In this document: positions 38,381 through 52,500 of the stretch, in pieces
Layout: each line of letters begins with the position of its first letter
How positions within the stretch are numbered: the stretch's first letter is position 1
NCBI GenBank assembly: GCA_040954595.2
Contig: CM082588.2
Location: forward strand, 8,850,844 to 8,914,843
Origin: Balanoglossus misakiensis
Lineage: Eukaryota > Animalia > Hemichordata
Length of the DNA stretch: 64,000 nt
Reading direction: 5' to 3'
Notes under the pieces: model-generated
The model's database searches: none
What the model saw: only the letters and a program-made list of their open reading frames with translations
What the model was told of the DNA's origin: nothing
Made by a program: the position numbers and the translations under genes

Positions 38381-40144
38381 GTTGTCTTTCTAATTCGGCG
38401 GGGACTTGAGCTTGGTCCCGCCGAGGTAACCGGGAGACGTCGCACACTAGCTGCCCTTCCTTCCCCTGTTCCCATGCGTTATATACCGCGCCTGCTTAAA
38501 GGACACCGACTTAGCGCCTTGTCTTTATAATTATGTGGGGACTTGAGCTTGGTCCCGCCGAGGTAACCAGGACACGACGCACACTAGCTGCCCTTCCTTC
38601 CCCTTTTCCCATGCGTTATATACCACGCCTGCTTAAAGGACACTGACATAGCACGTTGTCGTTTTAATTCGGCGGAGAATTGAGCTTGGTCCCGCCGAGG
38701 TAACCGGGACACGTCGCACACTAGCTGCCGTTCCTTCCCCTGTTCCCATGCGTTATATACCGCGCCTGCTTAAAGGACACCGACTTAGCGCGTTGTCTTT
38801 CTAATTCGGCGGGGACTTGAGCTTGGTCCCGCCGAGGTAACCGGGAGACGTCGCACACTAGCTGCCCTTCCTTCCCCTGTTCCCATGCGTTATATACCAC
38901 GCCTGCTTAAAGGACACCGACTTAGCACGTTGTCTTTTTAATTCGGCGGGGACTTGAGCTTGGTCCCGCCGAGGTAGCCGGGAGACGTCGCACAATAGCT
39001 GCCCTTCCTTCTCTTGTTCCCATGCGTTATATACCACGCCTGCTTAAAGGACACCGACTTAGCGCGTTGTCTTTCTAATTCGGCGGAGAATTGAGCTTGG
39101 TCCCGTCGAGGTAGCGGGGAGACGTCGCACACTAGCTGCACTTCCTTCCCCTGTTCCCATGCGTTATATACCACGCCTGCTTAAAGGACACCGACTTAGC
39201 GCGTTGTCTTTCTAATTCGGCGGGGACTTGACCTTGGTCCCGCCGAGGTAACAGGGGAGACGTCGCACACTAGTTGCACTTCCTTTCCCTGTTCCCATGC
39301 GTTATATACCACGCCTGCTTAAAGGACACCGACTTAGCACGTTGTCTTTTTAATTCGGCGGGGACTTGAGCTTGGTCTTGCCGAGGTAGCCGGGAGACGT
39401 CGCACACTAGCTGCCCTTCCTTCTCTTGTTCCCATGCGTTATATACCACGCCTGCTTAAAGGACACCGACTTAGCGCGTTGACTTTCTAATTCGGCGGGG
39501 ACTTGAGCTTGGTCTCGCCGAGGTAACCGGGAGACGTCGCACACTAGCTGCCCTTCCTTCTCTTGTTCCCATGCGTTATATACCACGCCTGCTTAAAGGA
39601 CACCGACTTAGCGCGTTGTCTTTCTAATTCAGCGGGGACTTGAGCTTGGTCTCGCCGAGGTAACCGGGAGACGTCGCACACTAGCTGCCGTTCCTTCCCC
39701 TGTTCCCATGCGTTATATACCGCGCCTGCTTAAAGGACACCGACTTGGCGCGTTGTCTTTCTAATTCGGCGGGGACTTGATCTTGGTCCCGCCGAGGTGA
39801 CAGGGGAGACGTCGCACACTAGCTGCCCTTCCTTCCCCTGTTCCCATGCGTTATATACCACGCCTTCTTAAGGACACAGAATTTACGCATTGTCTCTCTT
39901 ATACGGCGGGGACTTGAGCTTGGTCCCGCCGAGGTAGTGGGGAGACGTCGCACACTAGCTGCCCTTCCTTCCCCTGTTCCCATGCGTTATATACCGCGCC
40001 TTCTTAAAGGACACAGACTTGCGCATTGTCTTTATAATTCTGCGGGGACTTGAGCTTGGTCCCGCCGAGGTAGCCGGCAGACGTCGCACACTAACTGCCC
40101 TTCCTTCTCCTGTTCCCATGCGTTATATACCACGCCTGCTTAAA

Positions 40145-40582
40145 CCCCGGTGCGTAAAGTCCTGGGGTTCGGATTAACGTAATGTTTGTATAGTTGTTTA
40201 TTTGGGAGTGGTAGTCGTGCATAATGACTGTGTAATTGCTCTCATGTACACAGAAAATAATTGAACACTTCACACTTCCACGCGATTGACAACTGTTTGA
40301 ATGGCGTGGTTATTGTTTCCCAGGGACGCTTCTGAAAAGCACTGAAACCAGATTTCTCCCAAAATCATCGTTGTTTCATAAGCTCGTGTACTTTTTCGTC
40401 GATAACTTTATGTTGTGTGTGTTTATAAAGCCAACTACTGTCGTTGTGTGGTGTAATTCTTTATGCTTGGACCTGTTTCGGCCGATTTTCATAGAGCCAA
40501 GATCGTTGGTGTTGTCTGTTGTCAGTCAAACGGCATTAAGATTCGCCACTGATTTGGGGGGTCTTTTATACCCCGCACCGGG
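40145..40582. mobile_element. ~440-bp non-coding insertion with short terminal inverted repeats (MITE-like non-autonomous DNA transposon remnant)
   Basis: Non-satellite, AT-richer sequence. CCCGGTGCG (40146-40154) is the exact reverse complement of CGCACCGGG (40574-40582). It follows the monomer's TTAA(A). There is no intact target-site duplication and no credible ORF. Confidence 0.55.
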
Positions 40583-43500
40583 TTCCAATGCGATATATAC
40601 CGCGCCTTCTTAAGGACACAGACTTTGCGCATTGTCTCTCTTATTCGGCGGGGACTTGAGCTTGGTCCCGCCGAGGTAACCGGGAGACGTCGCATACTAG
40701 CTGCCCTTCCTTATCCTGTTCCCATGCGTTATATACCGCGCCTTCTTTGCGCATTGTCTTTCTAGTTAGGCGGGGACTTGAGCTTGGTCCCGCCGAGGTA
40801 GCGGGGAGACGTCGCACACTAGCTGCACTTCCTTCCCCTGTTCCCATGCGTTATATACCACGCCTGCTTAAAGGACACCGACTTGGCGCGTTGTCTTTCT
40901 AATTCGGCGGGGACTTGATCTTGGTCCCGCCGAGGTAACCGGGAGACGTCGCACAGTAGCTGCCCTTCCTTCCCCTGTTCCCATGCGTTATATACCGCGC
41001 CTGCTTAAAGGACACCGACTTGGCGCGTTGTCTTTCTAATTCGGCGGGGACTTGAGCTTGGTCCCGCCGAGGTAGCAAGGACACGACGCACACAAGCTGC
41101 CCTTCCTTCCCTTGTTCTCATGCGTTATATACCGCGCTTTCTTAATTGTCTCTCGAATTCGGCGGGGACTTGAGCTTGGTCCCGCCGAGGTAACAGGGAG
41201 ACGTCGCACACTAGCTGCACTTCCTTCCCCTGTTCCAATGCGTTATATACCGCGCCTTCTTAAGGACACCGACTTTGCGCATTGTCTCTCTTATTTGGCG
41301 GGGACTTGAGCTTGGTCCCGCCGAGGTAGCCAGGACACGACGCACACTAGCTGCCCTTCCTTCCCCTGTTCTCATGCGTTATATACCGCGCTTTCTTAAT
41401 TGTCTCTCGAATTCGGCGGGGACTTGAGCTTGGTCCCGCCGAGGTAGCCGGGAGACGTCGCACACTAGCTGCCCTTCCTTCTCTTGTTCCCATACGTTAT
41501 ATACCACGCCTGCTTAAAGGACACCGACTTAGCGCGTTGTCTTTCTAATTCGGCGGGGACTTGAGCTTGGTCCCGCCGAGGTAAGCGGGAGACGTCGCAC
41601 ACTAGGTGCCCTTGCTTCCCCTGTTCCCATGCGTTATATACCGCGCCTGCTTAGAGGACACCGACTTGGCGCGTTGTCTTTCTAATTCGGCGGGGACTTG
41701 ATCTTGGTCCCGCCGAGGTAACAGGGGAGACGTCGCACACTAGCTGCCCTTCCTTCCCCTGTTCCAATGCGTTATATACCGCGCCTTCTTAAGGACACAG
41801 ACTTTGCGCATTGTCTCTCTTATTCGGGGGGGACTTGAGCTTGGTCCCGCCGAGGTAGCGGGGAGACGTCGCACAGTAGCTGCCCTTCCTTCCCCTGTTC
41901 CCATGCGTTATATACCACGCCTGCTTAAAGGACACCGACTTAGCGCGTTGTCTTTTTAATTCGGCGGGGACTTGAGCTTGGTCCCGCCGAGGTAACAGGG
42001 AGACGTCGCACACTAGCTGCACTTCCTTCCCCTGTTCCCATGCGTTATATACCACGCCTGCTTAAAGGACACCGACTTAGCGCGTTGTCTTTCAAATTCG
42101 GCGGGGACTTGAGCTTGGTCCCGCCGAGGTAGCCGGGAGACGTCGCACACTAGCTGCCCTTCCTTCCCCTGTTCTCATGCGTTATATACCACGCCTGCTT
42201 AAAGGACACCGACTTAGCGCGTTGTCTTTCTAATTCGGCGGGGACTTGAGCTTGGTCCCGCCGAGGTAGCGGGGAGACGTCGCACAGTAGCTGCCCTTCC
42301 TTCCCCTGTTCCCATGCGTTATATACCACGCCTGTTTAAAGGACACCGACATAGCACGTTGTCTTTATAATTCTGTGAGGATTTGAGCTTGGTCCCGCCG
42401 AGGTAGCCAGGACACGACGCACACTAGCTGCCCTTCCTTCCCCTGTTCCCATGCGTTATATACCACGCCTGCTTAAAGGACACCGACTTAGCGCGTTGTC
42501 TTTATAATTCTGTGGGGACTTGAACTTGGTCCCGCCGAGGTAGCCAGGACACGACGCACACTAGCTGCCCTTCCTTCCCCTGTTCCCATGCGTTATATAC
42601 AACGCCTGTTTAAAGGACACCGACTTAGTGCGTTGTCTTTCTAGTTCGGCGGGGACTTGAGCTTGGTCCCGCCGAGGTAACAGGGAGACGTCGCACACTA
42701 GCTGCCCTTCCTTCCCCTGTTCCCATGCGTTATATACCACGCCTGCTTAAAGGACACCGACTTAGTGCGTTGTCTTTCTAATTCGGCGGGGACTTGAGCT
42801 TGGCCCGCCGAGGTAACAGGGAGACGTCGCACACTAGCTGCACTTCCTTCCCCTGTTCCCATGCGTTATATACCACGCCTGCTTAAAGGACACCGACTTA
42901 GCGTGTTGTCTTTTTTATTCGGCGGGGACTTGATCTTGGTCCCGCCGAGGTAAAAGGGGAGACGTCGCACACTAGCTGCCCTTCCTTCCCCTGTTCCAAT
43001 GCGTTATATACCGCGCCTTCTTAAGGACACAGACTTTGCGCATTGTCTCTCTTATTCGGCGGGGACTTGAGCTTGGTCCCGCCGAGGTAACAGGGGAGAC
43101 GTCGCACACTAGCTGCCCTTCCTTCCCCTGTTCCAATGCGTTATATACCGCGCCTTCTTAAGGACACAGACTTTGCGCATTGTCTCTCTTATTCGGCGGG
43201 GACTTGAGCTTGGTCCCGCCGAGGTAACGGGGGAGACGTCGCACACTAGCTGCCCTTCCTTCCCCTGTTCCAATGCGTTATATACCGCGCCTTCTTAAGG
43301 ACACAGACTTTGCGCATTGTCTCTCTTATTCGGCGGGGACTTGAGCTTGGTCCCGCCGAGGTAACCGGAAGACGTCGCACACTAGCTGCCCTTCCTTCTC
43401 CTGTTCCCATGCGTTATATACCGCGCCTTTTTTGCGCATTGTCTTTCTAGTTAGGCGGGGACTTGAGCTTGGTCCCGCCGAGGTAGCAGGGAGACGTCGC

Positions 43501-46500
43501 ACACTAGCTGCACTTCCTTCCCCTGTTCCCATGCGTTATATACCACGCCTGCTTAAAGGACACTGACTTGGCGCGTTGTCTTTCTAATTCGGCGGGGACT
43601 TGATCTTGGTCCCGCCGAGGTAACAGGGGAGACGTCGCACAGTAGCTGCCTTTCCTTTTCCTGTTCCCATGCGTTTTATACCACGCCTGCTTAAAGGACA
43701 CCGACTTAGCGCCTTGTCTTTATAATTCTGTGAGGACTTGAGCTTGGTCCCGCCGAGGTAGCCAGGACACGACGCACACTAGCTGCCCTTCCTTCCCCTG
43801 TTCCCATGCATTATATATCACGCCTGTTTAAAGGACACCGACATAGCACGTTGTCTTTCTAATTCGGCGGGGACTTGAGCTTGGTCCCGCCGAGGTAGTG
43901 GGGAGACGTCGCACACTAGCTGCCTTTCCTTTTCCTGTTCCCATGCGTTTTATACCACGCCTGCTTCAAGGACACCGACTTAGCGCCTTGCCTTTATAAT
44001 TCTGTGAGGACTTTAGCTTGGTCCCGCCGAGGTAACAGGGGAGACGTCGCACACTAGCTGCCTTTCCTTCCCCTGTTCCCATGCGTTATATACCACGCCT
44101 GCTTAAAGGACACCGACTTAGCGCCTTGTCTTTATAATTCTGCGGGGACTTGAGTTTGGTCCCGCCGAGGTAACCGGGAGACGTCGCACACTAGCTGCCC
44201 TTCCTTCCCCTGTTTTCAAGCGTTATATACCGCGCTTTCTTAAAGGACACAGACTTTGCGCATTGTCTTTCCAGTTCGGCGGGGACTTGAGCTTGGTCCC
44301 GCCGAGGTAGCCAGGACACGTCGCACACTAGCTGCCCTTCCTTCCCCTGTTCCCATGCGTTATATACCGCGCCTGTTTAAAGGACACCGACTTAGCACAT
44401 TGTCTTTCTAATTCGGCGGGGACTTGAGCTTGGTCCCGCCGAGGTAGCGGGGAGACGTCGCACACTAGCTGCACTTCCTTCCCCTGTTCCCATGCGTTAT
44501 ATACCACGCCTGCTTAAAGGACACCGACTTACCGCGTTGTCTTTCTAATTCGGCGGGGACTTGAGCTTGGTCCCGCCGCGGTAGCAGGGAGACGTCGCAC
44601 ACTAGCTGCACTTCCTTCCCCTGTTCGCATGCGTTATATACCACGCCTGCTTAAAGGACACAGACTTTGCGCATTGTCTCTCTTATTCGGCGGGGACTTG
44701 AGCTTGGTCCCGCCGAGGTAGCCAGGACACGACGCACACTAGCTGCCCTTCATTCCCCTGTTCCCATGCATTATATATCACGCCTGTTTAAAGGACACCG
44801 ACATAGCACGTTGTCTTTCTAATTCGGCGGGGACTTTAGCTTGGTCCCGCCGAGGTAGCGGGGAGACGTCGCACACTAGCTGCCCTTCCTTGCCCTGTTC
44901 CCATGCGTTATATACCGCGTTTTCTTAAAGGACACCGACATAGCACGTTGTCTTTCTAATTCTGCGGGGACGTGAGCTTGGTCCCGCCGAGGTAGCGGGG
45001 AGACGTCGCACACTAGCTGCCCTTCCTTCCCCTGTTCCCATGCGTTATATACCGCGTTTTCTTAAAGGACACCGACTTAGCACATTGTCTTTCTAATTCG
45101 GCGGGGACTTGAGCTTGGTCCCGCCGAGGTAGCGAGAGACGTCGCACACTAGCTGCACTTCCTTCCCCTGTTCCCATGCGTTATATACCACGCCTGCTTA
45201 AAGGACACCGACTTACCGCGTTGTCTTTCTAATTCGGCGGGGACTTGAGCTTGGTCCCGCCGCGGTAGCAGGGAGACGTCGCACACTAGCTGCACTTCCT
45301 TCCCCTGTTCGCATGCGTTATATACCACGCCTGCTTAAAGGACACCGACTTGGCGCGTTGTCTTTCTAATTCGGCGGGGACTTGAGCTTGGTCCCGCCGA
45401 GGTAACAGGGAGACGTCGCACACTAGCTGCACTTCCTTCCCCTGTTCCCATGCGTTATATACCACGCCTGCTTAAAGGACACCGACTTAGCGTGTTGTCT
45501 TTTTTATTCGGCGGGGACTTGATCTTGGTCTCGCCGAGGTAACCGGGAGACGTCGCACACTAGCTGCCTTTCCTTTTCCTGTTCCCATGCGTTTTATACC
45601 ACGCCTGCTTAAAGGACACCGACTTAGCACCTTGTCTTTATAATTCTGTGAGGACTTGAGCTTGGTCCCGCCGAGGTAGCCAGTACACGACGCACACTAG
45701 CTGCCCTTCCTTCCCCTGTTCCCATGCATTGTATATCACGCCTGTTTAAAGGACACCGACATAGCACGTTGTCTTTCTAATTCGGCGGGGACTTGAGCTT
45801 GGTCCCGCCGAGGTAGTGGGGAGACGTCGCACACTAGCTGCCTTTCCTTTTCCTGTTCCCATGCGTTTTATACCACGCCTGCTTAAAGGACACCGACTTA
45901 GCGCCTTGTCTTTATAATTCTGTGAGGACTTTAGCTTGGTCCCGCCGAGGTAACAGGGGAGACGTCGCACACTAGCTGCCTTTCCTTCCCCTGTTCCCAT
46001 GCGTTATATACCACGCCTGCTTAAAGGACACCGACTTAGCGCCTTGTCTTTATAATTCTGCGGGGACTTGAGTTTGGTCCCGCCGAGGTAACCGGGAGAC
46101 GTCGCACACTAGCTGCCCTTCCTTCCCCTGTTATCAAGCGTTATATACCGCGCTTTCTTAAAGGACACAGACTTTGCGCATTGTCTTTATAATTCTGTGG
46201 GGACTTGAACTTGGTCCCGCCGAGGTAGCCAGGACACGACGCACACTAGCTGCCCTTCCTTCCCCTGTTCCCATGCGTTATATACAACGCCTGTTTAAAG
46301 GACACCGACATAGCACGTTGTCTTTCTAATTCGGCGGGGACTTGAGCTTGGTCCCGCCGAGGTAACAGGGAGACGTCGCACACTAGCTGCACTTCCTTCC
46401 CCTGTTCCCATGCGTTATATACCACGCCTGCTTAAAGGACACCGACTTAGTGCGTTGTCTTTCTAATTCGGCGGGGACTTGAGCTTGGTCCCGCCGAGGT

Positions 46501-49500
46501 AACAGGGAGACGTCGCACACTAGCTGCCCTTCCTTCCCCTGTTCCCATGCGTTATATACCACGCCTGCTTAAAGGACACCGACTTAGTGCGTTGTCTTTC
46601 TAATTCGGCGGGGACTTGAGCTTGGTCCCGCCGAGGTAACAGGGAGACGTCGCACACTAGCTGCACTTCCTTCCCCTGTTCCCATGCGTTATATACCACG
46701 CCTGCTTAAAGGACACCGACTTAGCGTGTTGTCTTTTTTATTCGGCGGGGACTTGATCTTGGTCCCGCCGAGGTAAAAGGGGAGACGTCGCACACTAGCT
46801 GCCCTTCCTTCCCCTGTTCCAATGCGTTATATACCGCGCCTTCTTAAGGACACAGACTTTGCGCATCGTCTCTCTTATTCGGCGGGGACTTGAGCTTGGT
46901 CCCGCCGAGATAACAGGGGAGACGTCGCACACTAGCTGCCCTTCCTTCCCCTGTTCCAATGCGTTATATACCGCGCCTTCTTAAGGACACAGACTTTGCG
47001 CATTGTCTCTCTTATTCGGCGGGGACTTGAGCTTGGTCCCGCCGAGGTAACCGGAAGACGTCGCACACTAGCTGCCCTTCCTTCTCCTGTTCCCATGCGT
47101 TATATACCGCGCCTTTTTTGCGCATTGTCTTTCTAGTTAGGCGGGGACTTGAGCTTGGTCCCGCCGAGGTAACAGGGAGACGTCGCACACTAGCTGCACT
47201 TCCTTCCCCTGTTCCCATGCGTTATATACCACGCCTGCTTAAAGGACACCGACTTACCGCGTTGTCTTTGTAATTCGGCGGGGACTTGAGCTTGGTCCCG
47301 CCCCGGTAGCAGGGAGACGTCGCACACTAGCTGCACTTCCTTCCCCTGTTCGCATGCGTTATATACCACGCCTGCTTAAAGGACACAGACTTTGCGCATT
47401 GTCTCTCTTATTCGGCGGGGACTTGAGCTTGGTCCCGCCGAGGTAGCCAGGACACGACGCACACTAGCTGCCCTTCCTTCCCCTGTTCCCTTGCATTATA
47501 TATCACGCCTGTTTAAAGGACACCGACATAGCACGTTGTCTTTCTAATTCGGCGGGGACTTTAGCTTGGTCCCGCCGAGGTAGCGGGGAGACGTCGCACA
47601 CTAGCTGCCCTTCCTTCCCCTGTTCCCATGCGTTATATACCGCGTTTTCTTAAAGGACACCGACATAGCACGTTGTCTTTCTAATTCTGCGGGGACGTGA
47701 GCTTGGTCCCGCCGAGGTAGCGGGGAGACGTCGCACACTAGCTGCCCTTCCTTCCCCTGTTCCCATGCGTTATATACCGCGTTTTCTTAAAGGACACCGA
47801 CTTAGCACATTGTCTTTCTAATTCGGCGGGGACTTGAGCTTGGTCCCGCCGAGGTAGCGGGGAGACGTCGCACACTAGCTGCACTTCCTTCCCCTGTTCC
47901 CATGCGTTATATACCACGCCTGCTTAAAGGACACCGACTTACCGCGTTGTCTTTCTAATTCGGCGGGGACTTGAGCTTGGTCCCGCCGCGGTAGCAGGGA
48001 GACGTCGCACACTAGCTGCACTTCCTTCCCCTGTTCGCATGCGTTATATACCACGCCTGCTTAAAGGACACCGACTTGGCGCGTTGTCTTTCTAATTCGG
48101 CGGGGACTTGAGCTTGGTCCCGCCGAGGTAACAGGGAGACGTCGCACACTAGCTGCACTTCCTTCCCCTGTTCCCATGCGTTATATACCACGCCTGCTTA
48201 AAGGACACCGACTTAGCGTGTTGTCTTTTTTATTCGGCGGGGACTTGATCTTGGTCCCGCCGAGGTAAAAGGGGAGACGTCGCACACAAGCTGCCTTTCC
48301 TTTTCCTGTTCCCATGCGTTTTATACCACGCCTGCTTAAAGGACACCGACTTAGCGCCTTGTCTTTATAATTCTGTGAGGACTTGAGCTTGGTCCCGCCG
48401 AGGTAGCCAGGACACGACGCACACTAGCTGCCCTTCCTTCCCCTGTTCCCATGCATTATATATCACGCCTGTTTAAAGGACACCGACATAGCACGTTGTC
48501 TTTCTAATTCGGCGGGGACTTGAGCTTGGTCCCGCCGAGGTAGTGGGGAGACGTCGCACACTAGCTGCCTTTCCTTTTCCTGTTCCCATGCGTTTTATAC
48601 CACGCCTGCTTAAAGGACACCGACTTAGCGCCTTGTCTTTATAATTCTGTGAGGACTTTAGCTTGGTCCCGCCGAGGTAACAGGGGAGACGTCGCACACT
48701 AGCTGCCTTTCCTTCCCCTGTTCCCATGCGTTATATACCACGCCTGCTTAAAGGACACCGACTTAGCGCCTTGTCTTTATAATTCTGCGGGGACTTGAGT
48801 TTGGTCCCGCCGAGGTAACCGGGAGACGTCGCACACTAGCTGCCCTTCCTTCCCCTGTTATCAAGCGTTATATACCGCGCTTTCTTAAAGGACACCGACT
48901 TAGCACATTGTCTTCCTAATTCGGCGGGGACTTGAGCTTGGTCCCGCCGAGGTAGCGGGGAAACGTCGCACACTAGCTGCCCTTCCTTCCCCTGTTCCAA
49001 TGCGTTATATACCGCGCCTTCTTAAGGACACAGACTTTGCGCATTGTCTCTCTTATTCGGCGGGGACTTGAGCTTGGTCCCGCCGAGGTAACAGGGGAGA
49101 CGTCGCACACTAGCTGCCCTTCCTTCCCCTGTTCCAATGCGTTATATACCGCGCCTTCTTAAGGACACAGACTTTGCGCATTGTCTCTCTTATTCGGCGG
49201 GGACTTGAGCTTGGTCCCGCCGAGGTAACGGGGGAGACGTCGCACACTAGCTGCCCTTCCTTCCCCTGTTCCAATGCGTTATATACCGCGCCTTCTTAAG
49301 GACACAGACTTTGCGCATTGTCTCTCTTATTCGGCGGGGACTTGAGCTTGGTCCCGCCGAGGTAACCGGAAGACGTCGCACACTAGCTGCCCTTCCTTCT
49401 CCTGTTCCCATGCGTTATATACCGCGCCTTTTTTGCGCATTGTCTTTCTAGTTAGGCGGGGACTTGAGCTTGGTCCCGCCGAGGTAGCAGGGAGACGTCG

Positions 49501-52500
49501 CACACTAGCTGCACTTCCTTCCCCTGTTCCCATGCGTTATATACCACGCCTGCTTAAAGGACACTGACTTGGCGCGTTGTCTTTCTAATTCGGCGGGGAC
49601 TTGATCTTGGTCCCGCCGAGGTAACAGGGGAGACGTCGCACAGTAGCTGCCTTTCCTTTTCCTGTTCCCATGCGTTTTATACCACGCCTGCTTAAAGGAC
49701 ACCGACTTAGCGCCTTGTCTTTATAATTCTGTGAGGACTTGAGCTTGGTCCCGCCGAGGTAGCCAGGACACGACGCACACTAGCTGCCCTTCCTTCCCCT
49801 GTTCCCATGCATTATATATCACGCCTGTTTAAAGGACACCGACATAGCACGTTGTCTTTCTAATTCGGCGGGGACTTGAGCTTGGTCCCGCCGAGGTAGT
49901 GGGGAGACGTCGCACACTAGCTGCCTTTCCTTTTCCTGTTCCCATGCGTTTTATACCACGCCTGCTTCAAGGACACCGACTTAGCGCCTTGCCTTTATAA
50001 TTCTGTGAGGACTTTAGCTTGGTCCCGCCGAGGTAACAGGGGAGACGTCGCACACTAGCTGCCTTTCCTTCCCCTGTTCCCATGCGTTATATACCACGCC
50101 TGCTTAAAGGACACCGACTTAGCGCCTTGTCTTTATAATTCTGCGGGGACTTGAGTTTGGTCCCGCCGAGGTAACCGGGAGACGTCGCACACTAGCTGCC
50201 CTTCCTTCCCCTGTTTTCAAGCGTTATATACCGCGCTTTCTTAAAGGACACAGACTTTGCGCATTGTCTTTCCAGTTCGGCGGGGACTTGAGCTTGGTCC
50301 CGCCGAGGTAGCCAGGACACGTCGCACACTAGCTGCCCTTCCTTCCCCTGTTCCCATGCGTTATATACCGCGCCTGTTTAAAGGACACCGACTTAGCACA
50401 TTGTCTTTCTAATTCGGCGGGGACTTGAGCTTGGTCCCGCCGAGGTAGCGGGGAGACGTCGCACACTAGCTGCACTTCCTTCCCCTGTTCCCATGCGTTA
50501 TATACCACGCCTGCTTAAAGGACACCGACTTACCGCGTTGTCTTTCTAATTCGGCGGGGACTTGAGCTTGGTCCCGCCGCGGTAGCAGGGAGACGTCGCA
50601 CACTAGCTGCACTTCCTTCCCCTGTTCGCATGCGTTATATACCACGCCTGCTTAAAGGACACAGACTTTGCGCATTGTCTCTCTTATTCGGCGGGGACTT
50701 GAGCTTGGTCCCGCCGAGGTAGCCAGGACACGACGCACACTAGCTGCCCTTCATTCCCCTGTTCCCATGCATTATATATCACGCCTGTTTAAAGGACACC
50801 GACATAGCACGTTGTCTTTCTAATTCGGCGGGGACTTTAGCTTGGTCCCGCCGAGGTAGCGGGGAGACGTCGCACACTAGCTGCCCTTCCTTGCCCTGTT
50901 CCCATGCGTTATATACCGCGTTTTCTTAAAGGACACCGACATAGCACGTTGTCTTTCTAATTCTGCGGGGACGTGAGCTTGGTCCCGCCGAGGTAGCGGG
51001 GAGACGTCGCACACTAGCTGCCCTTCCTTCCCCTGTTCCCATGCGTTATATACCGCGTTTTCTTAAAGGACACCGACTTAGCACATTGTCTTTCTAATTC
51101 GGCGGGGACTTGAGCTTGGTCCCGCCGAGGTAGCGAGAGACGTCGCACACTAGCTGCACTTCCTTCCCCTGTTCCCATGCGTTATATACCACGCCTGCTT
51201 AAAGGACACCGACTTACCGCGTTGTCTTTCTAATTCGGCGGGGACTTGAGCTTGGTCCCGCCGCGGTAGCAGGGAGACGTCGCACACTAGCTGCACTTCC
51301 TTCCCCTGTTCGCATGCGTTATATACCACGCCTGCTTAAAGGACACCGACTTGGCGCGTTGTCTTTCTAATTCGGCGGGGACTTGAGCTTGGTCCCGCCG
51401 AGGTAACAGGGAGACGTCGCACACTAGCTGCACTTCCTTCCCCTGTTCCCATGCGTTATATACCACGCCTGCTTAAAGGACACCGACTTAGCGTGTTGTC
51501 TTTTTTATTCGGCGGGGACTTGATCTTGGTCTCGCCGAGGTAACCGGGAGACGTCGCACACTAGCTGCCTTTCCTTTTCCTGTTCCCATGCGTTTTATAC
51601 CACGCCTGCTTAAAGGACACCGACTTAGCACCTTGTCTTTATAATTCTGTGAGGACTTGAGCTTGGTCCCGCCGAGGTAGCCAGTACACGACGCACACTA
51701 GCTGCCCTTCCTTCCCCTGTTCCCATGCATTATATATCACGCCTGTTTAAAGGACACCGACATAGCACGTTGTCTTTCTAATTCGGCGGGGACTTGAGCT
51801 TGGTCCCGCCGAGGTAGTGGGGAGACGTCGCACACTAGCTGCCTTTCCTTTTCCTGTTCCCATGCGTTTTATACCACGCCTGCTTAAAGGACACCGACTT
51901 AGCGCCTTGTCTTTATAATTCTGTGAGGACTTTAGCTTGGTCCCGCCGAGGTAACAGGGGAGACGTCGCACACTAGCTGCCTTTCCTTCCCCTGTTCCCA
52001 TGCGTTATATACCACGCCTGCTTAAAGGACACCGACTTAGCGCCTTGTCTTTATAATTCTGCGGGGACTTGAGTTTGGTCCCGCCGAGGTAACCGGGAGA
52101 CGTCGCACACTAGCTGCCCTTCCTTCCCCTGTTATCAAGCGTTATATACCGCGCTTTCTTAAAGGACACAGACTTTGCGCATTGTCTTTATAATTCTGTG
52201 GGGACTTGAACTTGGTCCCGCCGAGGTAGCCAGGACACGACGCACACTAGCTGCCCTTCCTTCCCCTGTTCCCATGCGTTATATACAACGCCTGTTTAAA
52301 GGACACCGACATAGCACGTTGTCTTTCTAATTCGGCGGGGACTTGAGCTTGGTCCCGCCGAGGTAACAGGGAGACGTCGCACACTAGCTGCACTTCCTTC
52401 CCCTGTTCCCATGCGTTATATACCACGCCTGCTTAAAGGACACCGACTTAGTGCGTTGTCTTTCTAATTCGGCGGGGACTTGAGCTTGGTCCCGCCGAGG

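Larger units (their letters stand above)
1..40144. repeat. ~137-bp tandem satellite DNA array, left sub-array (~293 monomers, open at window start)
   Basis: Monomer TTATATACCACGCCTGCTTAAAGGACACCGACTTAGCGCGTTGTCTTTCTAATTCGGCGGGGACTTGAGCTTGGTCCCGCCGAGGTAACCGGGAGACGTCGCACACTAGCTGCCCTTCCTTCCCCTGTTCCCATGCG recurs head-to-tail (starts at 1, 138, 276...) with few substitutions and no spacers. Copy number is estimated as length/137. Confidence 0.98.

Noticed and set aside
40091-40613. ORFs 40091..40273 and 40371..40613 as a transposase
   Set aside because: They are short, run into satellite sequence, and lack DDE or other recognisable motifs.
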